Positions 1 through 8,904 of a DNA stretch of 64,000 nt are shown in pieces. The position numbers and the translations under genes are program-made. Under the pieces are notes generated by a model. The model was not told the origin of the DNA and did not search any database. It saw only the letters and a list, made by a program, of their open reading frames with translations. Position 1 is the stretch's first letter. Each line of letters starts with the position of its first letter. This stretch comes from Lacinutrix sp. GTDB taxonomy: Bacteria; Bacteroidota; Bacteroidia; Flavobacteriales; Flavobacteriaceae. Location: NCBI RefSeq assembly GCF_037625555.1, contig NZ_JASJHV010000140.1, positions 982 through 64,981 of the forward strand. The letters run 5' to 3'.

Positions 1-2512
1 TAAACTTTTTAAATATTAACGCATCAAACTCTACAGATGGACTATTTGTAATAATTTTTGTAGTTCTATCACCTTGCACGTTATCGCTTGTTGTATATCT
101 ATAGCTTAACTCGAAATTTGGTGCATCTCTAAAATTAGAACGTAACGTTGGTGTATAGGTCTGTGATAAATTCTCGTTAACAGATAATTGATTGTTAATA
201 AATTGGTTGAATTTAGAATAATTAAAATTACCTCTAATACTGGCTTGCAACTTACCAAAACGTCTTTGAAAACGACCACTTGCTGTAAATGTTTCGTCCT
301 CTAACCCAGAATTAAATGGTGTACTACTTCTAATAACAGAACCTGGCTGGAAGATAGATTGTGTTCTTAAATTATCTATGTTTTTACTATAGTTTAAAAA
401 AGCAAATACATTTGTATAGTTAAACATATTAAAACTAAAGTAGCTTAAATTTAAATTATGAGACAATGAATTCTCTAAATTTGGGTTACCAATAAATGTT
501 GAGTTATAATTGTTTAATACAATACCTCTAGCAAATTGATTTACATCTGTAAATTGTGATTGCATACGGTAAGAGAGATTTAAATTTTCAGAGGTTTTTA
601 ATTGTACTCTTACATTTAAATCTGGTAATAATCTAAAAAAGTTGTCTTTAGTTTCTGTATTAAATTGATCGTTTACCACACTATAGGCATGTGCAGATAA
701 ACCTGGACTTATTGTAAATTTTCCAGTTTTGTAACGGTAATGCATTCCTAAATAAACATCGCTAAAGGTGTACTTTATATCGTTAACGTCTGACACTCCT
801 GTAATACTAGAGTTGGTATCTAATTCATTTCCATTATCAAGCGTTTGAAAAATATTAGAATCGAATTGTTGATTACTGTGTATAGTTCCTATAGTAAAAT
901 TGATATCACTCTTTTTATTTAAAATATTCCAATAATCTAGTTTTGCATCTATTTGATTTGTTTTTACAAGTTTTTCTTGATTAACGCTGTAGTTAATTTG
1001 TGACCTATCGAAACCTAAACCTTCAGCTGTACCATCATAAGGATCTTCATCAGGAAGCATATCGTCTGGATCAATACCATTATCGTTATTTGTAGGGTCA
1101 TTTTCTAACAAAGCGTTGTAAAAAGGATCTTCATTTTGCAGTAAATGCTGAACTGAAAGAGCGAAAATATTAGTCTCGTCTAGTGTGTAGTAATAATTTA
1201 AATTTTGATTTAATCTAAAAGGTGTTGCATCTTCAAGTTGGTTTACAGCACCAACAACATTAGAAAATGTTTCATTAATTTGTATGTCTTTAGACATACG
1301 ACCAATAATATCATAATCTAATTGATTATTTGCATTTGGTTTATACTTAGTGCTTAACTTTATTAATCCTAAATCTGTTTTTTGCTTGGTATTACTTTGG
1401 GTAAATTCATCTGGAATACGAAAAGCTGGGTTAGTATATAATACATTACTATTTTGTTGTAACTCAATTCTACTACTAGATAAAATGGCAAATCCAGATA
1501 AATCTAATGTGCTTTTTGGTGAGTAACTAAAGTTACCAGCTAAAAACTTTGAGTTTATATCTTTGGCTTGATTGTTTTGTAGTTGTGCAAAGCCCAAGTC
1601 GTTATTTCCTAAATTAATATTTGTACCACTTTGTTGGCTAGGTTTTTGAAAACCACCTCCAAAATTACGTATATCTCGCCTAGACAAGGCTAACTCACCA
1701 ATATTATTAATATCACCAATAACATTAATACTCTTTTTGGGGCTATAATAAAATAATTTAGGTTGTGCTAAATACAGTTCTCCGTCTGGAGAATCTCCAA
1801 CACCTGCAGTAACTGTACCAAACCAGAAATTCTTTTTACCCTCTTTAAGTTTTATATTAATGGCTATATTATCTTGGTTATTAGTAACACCACTTAACTG
1901 ACTATTGTTAGAGTAATTTTTTAAAACCTGTACTTTATCAATAGCATTTGCAGGTATGTTTTTAGTTGCTAACTTACTGTCTCCATCGAAAAAATCTTTT
2001 CCGTCTATCATTACTTTACCAACAGTTTTTCCTTCTACCTCTATTTCACCATCGTCATTTACCTCAACTCCAGGTAATTTTTTTAAAACATCTCCAAGCT
2101 TACGCTCTGTACCGTTTTTAAAAGAATCTGCATTATAAGTTATGGTATCTCCACTAATAGTAACAGGCATTTCGTAAACTAACTCTACCTCGTCTAGAGT
2201 ATTGTCTGCTACTAAGCTGAAATTTTTACTTATAGTTTCTTCTTTGGTTGTAATTTCTAGCTCGCTTGTTGTAAAACCAATGTAGCTTACTTGAATACTA
2301 TAAGTTGTATTTTTTCCTAAACTTAATTTATATTTCCCTGCATCGTTTGTTACTGCATAAGACTCTAAAACCTTAGATTCTTTATTTATAGCAATAACAT
2401 TTGCAAACTCTAATGGCTCACCTTCTTTATCTGTTACAATACCTTCGTATTTAACTTGTGCAAAAGTTATACTTGTTACTATTAATAATAACAGTATGAA
2501 AATGTGTTTCAT
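1..2512 (-). CDS. Outer-membrane protein: carboxypeptidase-regulatory-like N-domain + TonB-receptor-like plug/beta-barrel (3' end beyond window)
   Basis: Hand translation from ATG at 2512: MKHIFILLLLIVTSITFAQVKYEGIVTD...GDTITYNADSFKNGTERKLGDVLKKLPGVEV...GKDFFDGDSKLATKNIPANAIDKVQV; absent from the ORF track, presumably because its stop is outside the window. Confidence 0.85.
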   Translation of the reverse strand, partial: MKHIFILLLLIVTSITFAQVKYEGIVTDKEGEPLEFANVIAINKESKVLESYAVTNDAGKYKLSLGKNTTYSIQVSYIGFTTSELEITTKEETISKNFSLVADNTLDEVELVYEMPVTISGDTITYNADSFKNGTERKLGDVLKKLPGVEVNDDGEIEVEGKTVGKVMIDGKDFFDGDSKLATKNIPANAIDKVQVLKNYSNNSQLSGVTNNQDNIAINIKLKEGKKNFWFGTVTAGVGDSPDGELYLAQPKLFYYSPKKSINVIGDINNIGELALSRRDIRNFGGGFQKPSQQSGTNINLGNNDLGFAQLQNNQAKDINSKFLAGNFSYSPKSTLDLSGFAILSSSRIELQQNSNVLYTNPAFRIPDEFTQSNTKQKTDLGLIKLSTKYKPNANNQLDYDIIGRMSKDIQINETFSNVVGAVNQLEDATPFRLNQNLNYYYTLDETNIFALSVQHLLQNEDPFYNALLENDPTNNDNGIDPDDMLPDEDPYDGTAEGLGFDRSQINYSVNQEKLVKTNQIDAKLDYWNILNKKSDINFTIGTIHSNQQFDSNIFQTLDNGNELDTNSSITGVSDVNDIKYTFSDVYLGMHYRYKTGKFTISPGLSAHAYSVVNDQFNTETKDNFFRLLPDLNVRVQLKTSENLNLSYRMQSQFTDVNQFARGIVLNNYNSTFIGNPNLENSLSHNLNLSYFSFNMFNYTNVFAFLNYSKNIDNLRTQSIFQPGSVIRSSTPFNSGLEDETFTASGRFQRRFGKLQASIRGNFNYSKFNQFINNQLSVNENLSQTYTPTLRSNFRDAPNFELSYRYTTSDNVQGDRTTKIITNSPSVEFDALIFKKF

Positions 2513-2550
2513 AAATGTGGTTTGGTTATGTGTTTCTATAAGTTACTTTA

Positions 2551-3507
2551 CTATTTACCGCGTCCTCCACGACCTCTTCCGCCATACATTTCACGCATCT
2601 CAGCCATTTTCTTAGTTACAGTTTCTGTGTATTCTGCTCTAGTTACTTCCTGACCTTTAGATGGTTGTTTTATGTCTTGCTTTTCAGCTGGATTCATTAC
2701 AATTTTAGAACACAAAATAGTTGTTCTACCTGAATTTATTTCTAAAATTAAACCTGGTAATCCCCAAAAATCTCCAGGACCATTATTTACTGGAATTTGC
2801 ATAGTGTACCAAGCCACAACTTCTTCTTCTTTTGGAATTTCTATATCATCCATTGTAAGTGTTGTTGTTTCTTTTTCTGTAGAGGCAACTACTGTAGTAT
2901 CTTTAGCTATATCAGTTTTACTAGTTTCATCTTTACCAAATGTACTTACAGTTCTAACACCTTTAGCATCTTCCTCTTCTTTCTTTTTATCTTTATCTCT
3001 ATCTTTTCTTCGCATTTTAGTCCAGTCTGTTTGGTCTACGGGCTTCATAGCTATGGCTTTCATGCAAAGGTATTTACCAATTTGCTTACTCTCTCCTGTC
3101 ATCTTCCATTCAAATTTCTCTAACTCATCTTTAATTAAAAATTGCTTGCCCATGAACTCTTTATCTTCCATAATAAGTCCGCCTTTAATGTTTTTATATT
3201 GAGAACCGCCTCCCATTCCCATTTTCATCATGATACCTCTACCTCCTCCTGGAGTATCAAGTTTTTCATCTTCAACATACATAGACTCTGTTTTATTGAA
3301 CGTAAGTATAAATGTTTTCTCGAACATACTTTTCATTCTTTCCATTATCATTTTCTTACGTTCAGGACTCATTTCTTTTCCTCCCCAAGCATCCATATCT
3401 ACACTTGTTTTAGACATGTATGTTGCTTGACCTTGAAAATCGTCTTGTGCAAATGTAAATGCTGCTAAGCAAAGTGTAATGCAGGTTAATAGTGCTTTTA
3501 ATTTCAT
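2551..3507 (-). CDS. GLPGLI family protein
   Basis: Signal peptide; signature AWYTMQIPVNNGPGDFWGLPGLILE. Confidence 0.93.
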   Translation of the reverse strand: MKLKALLTCITLCLAAFTFAQDDFQGQATYMSKTSVDMDAWGGKEMSPERKKMIMERMKSMFEKTFILTFNKTESMYVEDEKLDTPGGGRGIMMKMGMGGGSQYKNIKGGLIMEDKEFMGKQFLIKDELEKFEWKMTGESKQIGKYLCMKAIAMKPVDQTDWTKMRRKDRDKDKKKEEEDAKGVRTVSTFGKDETSKTDIAKDTTVVASTEKETTTLTMDDIEIPKEEEVVAWYTMQIPVNNGPGDFWGLPGLILEINSGRTTILCSKIVMNPAEKQDIKQPSKGQEVTRAEYTETVTKKMAEMREMYGGRGRGGRGK

Positions 3508-3690
3508 AATATTATTTCTTAATTTATTTTGTAAAAATACAGTTAATAATTGTTAAGACGACTAAAAGCTAAAAACGTTTAACGCTTATGTGTTAAAGTT
3601 TTCTTAAAAAATATTCCAGCAAAAGAATCAACTATCTAAATGAAGCTTTTAGTATTAAAGTGGTTCAATTTTTGTACTTTTCACTTCACA

Positions 3691-4470
3691 ATGAAACAGC
3701 TACAATACATACTTTTTCTCCTTACATTTTCGGCTTTCGCTCAAGATAGTATTAAGGCAGAATTAAAAACCAAAATCGAATTTAAGGCCGATTCTATTAT
3801 TGGCATAGACAACTTCTATACTATACTCTTCACCTTAAATAATACGCTAACAAAAAAACAAGACAATAAATTACTTAAATATAGTAATGTACAATTGGGT
3901 CCAATTACATCTGCAAATAGTTTTAATCCTTTAAAAATCAACCTTTTTTACAAAGCATTTAATACGGTTATAATTTTAGATAACAGATTAGCGGAAATAT
4001 TTAAAATAGACTTTAACCAAACTAAACCTTATAAAAATGTATCTCATGTTTCTACTGGAAGTGATAATACTATATGGATTTTTAATCAAGATTTAATGCA
4101 ACTAGAATTGTACGATTACAAAAACAACACCATACGTGCAAAAACATTACCAATTGAAAACAATATTCTAGATATTGCCAGCAACTATAATTGGTGCTGG
4201 TTACTTACTAAGAATTTTATTTATAAATATAATTATTTTGGCAGTTTAGTCTCTAAAACTCCTAATAAAGGATACACAAAGATTGAAGAGTGCAACGAAA
4301 ACATTATTTTAAAAAAGGAGAATACATTATTTTATGCTGCAAAAAACACAGAAACCATTAAACCTGTTAGCATTACAAATTTGTTAATAAGTCAGTTTTT
4401 TGTAACCAATCAATTCGTGTATATTTACACAGATAAATTGCTATATACTTACCAACTAAAATTAAAATAA
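3691..4470 (+). CDS. Conserved hypothetical secreted protein (beta-propeller-like)
   Basis: Likely start MKQLQYILFLLTFSAFAQ (signal peptide); NPLKINLFY..FNTVIILDNRL motif typical of the Flavobacteria gene beside dnk. Confidence 0.7.
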   Translation: MKQLQYILFLLTFSAFAQDSIKAELKTKIEFKADSIIGIDNFYTILFTLNNTLTKKQDNKLLKYSNVQLGPITSANSFNPLKINLFYKAFNTVIILDNRLAEIFKIDFNQTKPYKNVSHVSTGSDNTIWIFNQDLMQLELYDYKNNTIRAKTLPIENNILDIASNYNWCWLLTKNFIYKYNYFGSLVSKTPNKGYTKIEECNENIILKKENTLFYAAKNTETIKPVSITNLLISQFFVTNQFVYIYTDKLLYTYQLKLK

Positions 4471-4471
4471 T

Positions 4472-5086
4472 ATGCACGTTGCACTTGCCGGAAACATTGG
4501 AGCTGGAAAAACTACGCTCACAAAATTACTTGCTAAACATTACAAATGGGAAGCACAATTAGAAGATGTAGTTGACAACCCGTATTTAGATGATTTCTAC
4601 AACCAGATGGAACGCTGGAGTTTTAATTTACAGGTTTACTTTTTAAACAGTAGATTTCGCCAAGTTGCACAAATACGTGAAAGTGGTAAAGATATTATTC
4701 AAGATCGTACCATTTATGAAGATGCACATATTTTTGCACCTAACCTTCATGCCATGGGCTTAATGACAAATCGTGACTTTAAAAACTACTCTTCACTTTT
4801 TGAGCTTATGGAAAGCTTTGTTCAAGGTCCAGATTTATTAATTTACTTACGCAGTTCTATCTCCAACTTAGTATCACAAATACACAAACGTGGTCGTGAG
4901 TACGAAAACTCAATAAGTATAGACTATTTAAGCAGATTAAACGAACGCTACGAAGCTTGGATAACAGGCTATGACAAAGGAAAATTATTAATTATTGATG
5001 TCGATAATTTAGATTTTGTTGCAAATCCTGAAGATTTAGGATTGATACTTAATAAAATAGACGCAGAAATTAACGGTTTGTTTTAA
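4472..5086 (+). CDS. Deoxynucleoside kinase
   Basis: P-loop GNIGAGKTT, QDRTIYED, RGREYE motifs. Confidence 0.95.
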   Translation: MHVALAGNIGAGKTTLTKLLAKHYKWEAQLEDVVDNPYLDDFYNQMERWSFNLQVYFLNSRFRQVAQIRESGKDIIQDRTIYEDAHIFAPNLHAMGLMTNRDFKNYSSLFELMESFVQGPDLLIYLRSSISNLVSQIHKRGREYENSISIDYLSRLNERYEAWITGYDKGKLLIIDVDNLDFVANPEDLGLILNKIDAEINGLF

Positions 5087-5100
5087 CTCTTTAATACTGT

Positions 5101-5239
5101 TTAGGGCGTTACCACAAGGGTCGCGCTATCCACTATATTTTTTTTGCCATTTGCTGAAGCAAAAAAAAGGATGCCATTTCAACTGCGAAGTAATCACGAT
5201 TTCTTCCAAAATAATTTGGATGAGTAATCACTAACGCAA
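5101..5239 (+). ncRNA. Structured intergenic repeat, Flavo-1 RNA-like (copy A, with ~45-nt insert)
   Basis: GGGCGTT..GGTCGCGCTATCCACTATAT-T(n)GC..GC-A(n)GGATGCCATTTCAA..CTAACGCA; homologous to the copy at 59686-59790. Confidence 0.6.
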
Positions 5240-5241
5240 GC

Positions 5242-6245
5242 CTACTCAATAAATCCGTTTTCTCAAGCGTGAGCTATTGCTTGATTACTACTATCTACTA
5301 ATAATATAGGTGTTGTTTTAAACTGCTCTTGTAAACTTTTAACACGCAATATCCTTTTATTATGCTTTACACTACGCAAATAAATGGCTTTAATACGCTC
5401 TGAAAATTGCTTAGCTATTTCTATATAAATATCTGGATCGGGTTCTCCGCTATCTACTATTAAAATAAATGGTAATTCAGGATAGGTTTTTAATAAGTTT
5501 AATATCTCTTTTTGTTTCTGAGGTTTTTGATTTGCTGTCTTCCTCTTTAATATATCACTAAAGTTTCTTAGCAAAATTCGGCCCTTAGGAAAGTTGTTTT
5601 GTCTTAAAAATAACTCTAAATATCTGTATAAATTCCATGAACTGTGACTGACATAAAATATAGGGTTTGCATTTTCTCCAGATTTCCCTCTATGCAATAA
5701 ATGATAAAATTCTGCAGCACCTTCTAAAGGTAAACGCATTTTTGCAGATTTAAATAGCGAATTATATAATAAACGCCATTTTAATTTAGACACTACTCCT
5801 GTGTGTAAAATAGTATCGTCTATATCACTAGCAACACCAAATCCTGCAGTGGTTGATGGTATTAAAATTTCAGCAGGAAAACGATTACTATTTTGTATAT
5901 TTCGCGTTATGTTAACATCATTATAAGCAACTTCACAAGTTAACCAACCTTCACTATTTGTTATTGTACTTAAAGCTTGTAAGTCTGCTTTTACTTTAAA
6001 ATAACCATGATTATCACTTTTTGTATTTAAAACAATACCGTTAGGTAGCTTAATGGTTATTGCAGTATGTTTTACTTCATTAGATTCTAAACGTTTCCAA
6101 CTGTTTCTTAGAAGACTAAAGAAACCTTGTTTATCTAATCTATAGATTCGTGCTGCAACGCTCTACCACGCAAATAGAAATGTGTATCTGTTCCATAACT
6201 TTGGAATGCAATAATTTGTAAAGGATCTTTTTTGAATAATGCCAT
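5242..6245 (-). pseudogene. App1/DUF2183 family phosphatidate phosphatase, pseudogene
   Basis: ATG 6245 MALFKKDPLQIIAFQSYG; 1-nt deletion near 6136; SDIDDTILHTGV catalytic motif; premature TGA at 5263-5265 followed by in-frame ENGFIE*. Confidence 0.85.
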
Positions 6246-6280
6246 GAATATTTTATCTATTATAAAACTTCAAAATAAAA

Positions 6281-6308
6281 ATAAACCACGCTTAAAAGCG
6301 TGGTTTAT
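6281..6308 (-). terminator. Intrinsic terminator-like hairpin after hppA
   Basis: ATAAACCACGCTT-AA-AAGCGTGGTTTAT. Confidence 0.7.
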
Positions 6309-6341
6309 AATTCCTAATCTAAAAACTGAAAACGAATATTT

Positions 6342-8747
6342 TTACTCTTTAGATTTTGCGTAATCACTTGCTTCCTTAGAAACTTGTTCTAAATTTCCTT
6401 CAAAATTTTTCTCTGTGATTTCTATTTTATCATCACTAATCACTTTGGTAGTAACTTTTGCAGAAGCAGTTCCTGATATAACAGCTCCATCATCTGCAGT
6501 TTCTAAAGAAATAATACGTTTAACTTCAACATTAGAAGTATTCGTAGCTATTCCTTCTTCAGTATGACCTCCTAAAATTGGAGCAATTACTAAACCAATT
6601 AAACATGTTAATTTAATTAAAATGTTCATTGATGGTCCAGAGGTATCTTTAAATGGATCTCCAACAGTATCACCAGTTACTGCTGCTTTATGCGCTTCAG
6701 AAACTTTGTAAGTCATTTCTCCATTAATCTCTACACCAGCTTCAAAAGATTTCTTAGCGTTATCCCAAGCACCTCCAGCGTTGTTTTGGAAGATTGCCCA
6801 AAGCACACCAGAAACAGTTACACCAGCCATATAACCACCTAACATTTCAGCAATTGCTTTATTCTCCATTCCAAACAACATCGGAACAAATGCAATAACT
6901 AATGGAAAACCAATCGTTAATAAACCAGGTAACATCATTTCTTTTAAAGAAGCTTTAGTTGAAATGGCTACACACTTATCGTATTCCGGTTTACCAGTTC
7001 CTTCCATAATTCCAGGAATCTCTCTAAATTGTCTTCTTACTTCTTCTACCATTTCCATGGCAGCTTTTCCAACTGCATTAATAGCTAAAGCAGAAAACAC
7101 TACAGGTACCATTCCACCAACAAATAACATGGCTAAAACTGGTGCTTTAAAAATGTTAATTCCGTAGATTCCTGTTAACGTTACATAAGCAGCAAATAAA
7201 GCTAAAGATGTTAATGCTGCCGAAGCAATTGCAAAACCTTTACCAGTTGCTGCAGTTGTATTACCAACAGCATCTAAAATATCTGTACGTTCTCTAACAA
7301 TTGGATCTTGCTCACTCATTTCAGCAATACCACCTGCATTATCTGCAATTGGTCCAAAAGCATCAATCGCTAATTGCATAGCAGTTGTCGCCATCATAGC
7401 AGAAGCAGCTAAAGCTACTCCGTAAAAACCTGCAAAAGCATAAGATGCCCAAATAGCTCCAGCAAATAATAATACTGATGGGAATGTAGAAATCATTCCT
7501 GTTGCTAAACCTGCTATTATATTTGTTCCTGCTCCTGTAGAAGACTGTTGAACAATTTTTAAAATTGGTTTTTTACCTAATCCTGTATAGTATTCTGTAA
7601 CTCCAGAAATAACAGCTCCTACAACTAAACCAACAAGTGTTGCATAGAATACTCTCATAGAGCTAATCTCTTTCAATAAGTTTCCACCATCTGGTCCTTC
7701 ACCAAAAAAGTTCATGCTCATTGTTTCAGGTAACATCCACCTACATAATCCAAAACAAGCAACTGCAACCAAAACGATTGAAGTCCAGTTTCCTTTATTA
7801 AGCGCAGCCATTACTTGAGATTCCTTAGCATCATTGCTACTAATCTTAACCAGTAAAGTACCAATTATAGAAATAATGATTCCAATTCCTGCAATTGACA
7901 TTGGTAATAAAATTGGACCAATTCCGCCAAAGGCTTCACCAATATTACCACCCATATCTTGGATCACATAGTTACCAAGAACCATTGCAGCTAATACAGT
8001 TGCCACGTATGAACCAAATAAATCTGCTCCCATTCCTGCAACATCACCTACATTATCTCCAACATTATCAGCAATTGTCGCTGGGTTTCTTGGATCATCT
8101 TCAGGAATACCAGCTTCAACCTTACCAACTAAATCAGCTCCAACATCAGCAGCTTTGGTGTATATTCCACCACCAACTCTTGCAAATAAAGCAATTGATT
8201 CAGCACCTAAAGAAAATCCTGCTAATGTTTCTAAAACTATTGTCATGTTATCTACACTAAAAGTTTCACCTCCTAAGTAATTATTGAAAAGAATAAAAAA
8301 TGCTGTTAAACCTAATACTGCTAAACCAGCAACACCAAGTCCCATAACAGTACCACCACCAAAAGAAACACTTAAGGCTTTAGGTAAACTTGTTTTTGCA
8401 GCCTGTGTTGTTCTAACGTTAGTTTTAGTTGCTATTTTCATACCTAAATTTCCTGCAAAAGCAGAAAATACAGCTCCACAAATAAATGCAACAACTATTA
8501 ACCAGTGTGTTGTTGGTACTACAAAAGAAACGATTGCTAATAATACACTTACTATTACTACAAAAATTGCAAGTAATCTATATTCTGCATTTAAAAAAGC
8601 TAAAGCGCCTTCATAGATATGATCTGAAATTTCTTTCATTTTACCATCTCCTGCATCTTGCTTCATTACCCACTTTTGCTTAATAAACATGTAGATTAAG
8701 CCTAATACTGCCAATGCTATTGGCAAGTAAATCATCATTTTATCCAT
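6342..8747 (-). CDS. hppA: Membrane-bound K+-dependent, probably Na+-translocating pyrophosphatase
   Basis: DVGADLVGKVE, DNVGDNVGD, GNTTAA (Ala variant = K+-dependent), GDTVGDPFKDTSGP; start at MDKMMIY downstream of TACTTTTG promoter. Confidence 0.95.
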   Translation of the reverse strand: MDKMMIYLPIALAVLGLIYMFIKQKWVMKQDAGDGKMKEISDHIYEGALAFLNAEYRLLAIFVVIVSVLLAIVSFVVPTTHWLIVVAFICGAVFSAFAGNLGMKIATKTNVRTTQAAKTSLPKALSVSFGGGTVMGLGVAGLAVLGLTAFFILFNNYLGGETFSVDNMTIVLETLAGFSLGAESIALFARVGGGIYTKAADVGADLVGKVEAGIPEDDPRNPATIADNVGDNVGDVAGMGADLFGSYVATVLAAMVLGNYVIQDMGGNIGEAFGGIGPILLPMSIAGIGIIISIIGTLLVKISSNDAKESQVMAALNKGNWTSIVLVAVACFGLCRWMLPETMSMNFFGEGPDGGNLLKEISSMRVFYATLVGLVVGAVISGVTEYYTGLGKKPILKIVQQSSTGAGTNIIAGLATGMISTFPSVLLFAGAIWASYAFAGFYGVALAASAMMATTAMQLAIDAFGPIADNAGGIAEMSEQDPIVRERTDILDAVGNTTAATGKGFAIASAALTSLALFAAYVTLTGIYGINIFKAPVLAMLFVGGMVPVVFSALAINAVGKAAMEMVEEVRRQFREIPGIMEGTGKPEYDKCVAISTKASLKEMMLPGLLTIGFPLVIAFVPMLFGMENKAIAEMLGGYMAGVTVSGVLWAIFQNNAGGAWDNAKKSFEAGVEINGEMTYKVSEAHKAAVTGDTVGDPFKDTSGPSMNILIKLTCLIGLVIAPILGGHTEEGIATNTSNVEVKRIISLETADDGAVISGTASAKVTTKVISDDKIEITEKNFEGNLEQVSKEASDYAKSKE

Positions 8748-8782
8748 ATTATTTTTTAATTTGATTAGTTTTTTAACGTCTG

Positions 8783-8790
8783 CAAAAGTA
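8783..8790 (-). promoter_or_regulatory. Bacteroidota -7 promoter element for hppA
   Basis: TACTTTTG matches TAnnTTTG, ~35 nt upstream of start. Confidence 0.6.
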
Positions 8791-8904
8791 AGAAAATCAG
8801 CGAGAAGAAAAAAATGTTTTAATTGTGTTAAAACTTTAAAGGTTAACAATAAAAAAAAACCTAATCTTTCGAAAAGGCTTTTTAGAAATTAAATAAACTA
8901 ATTA

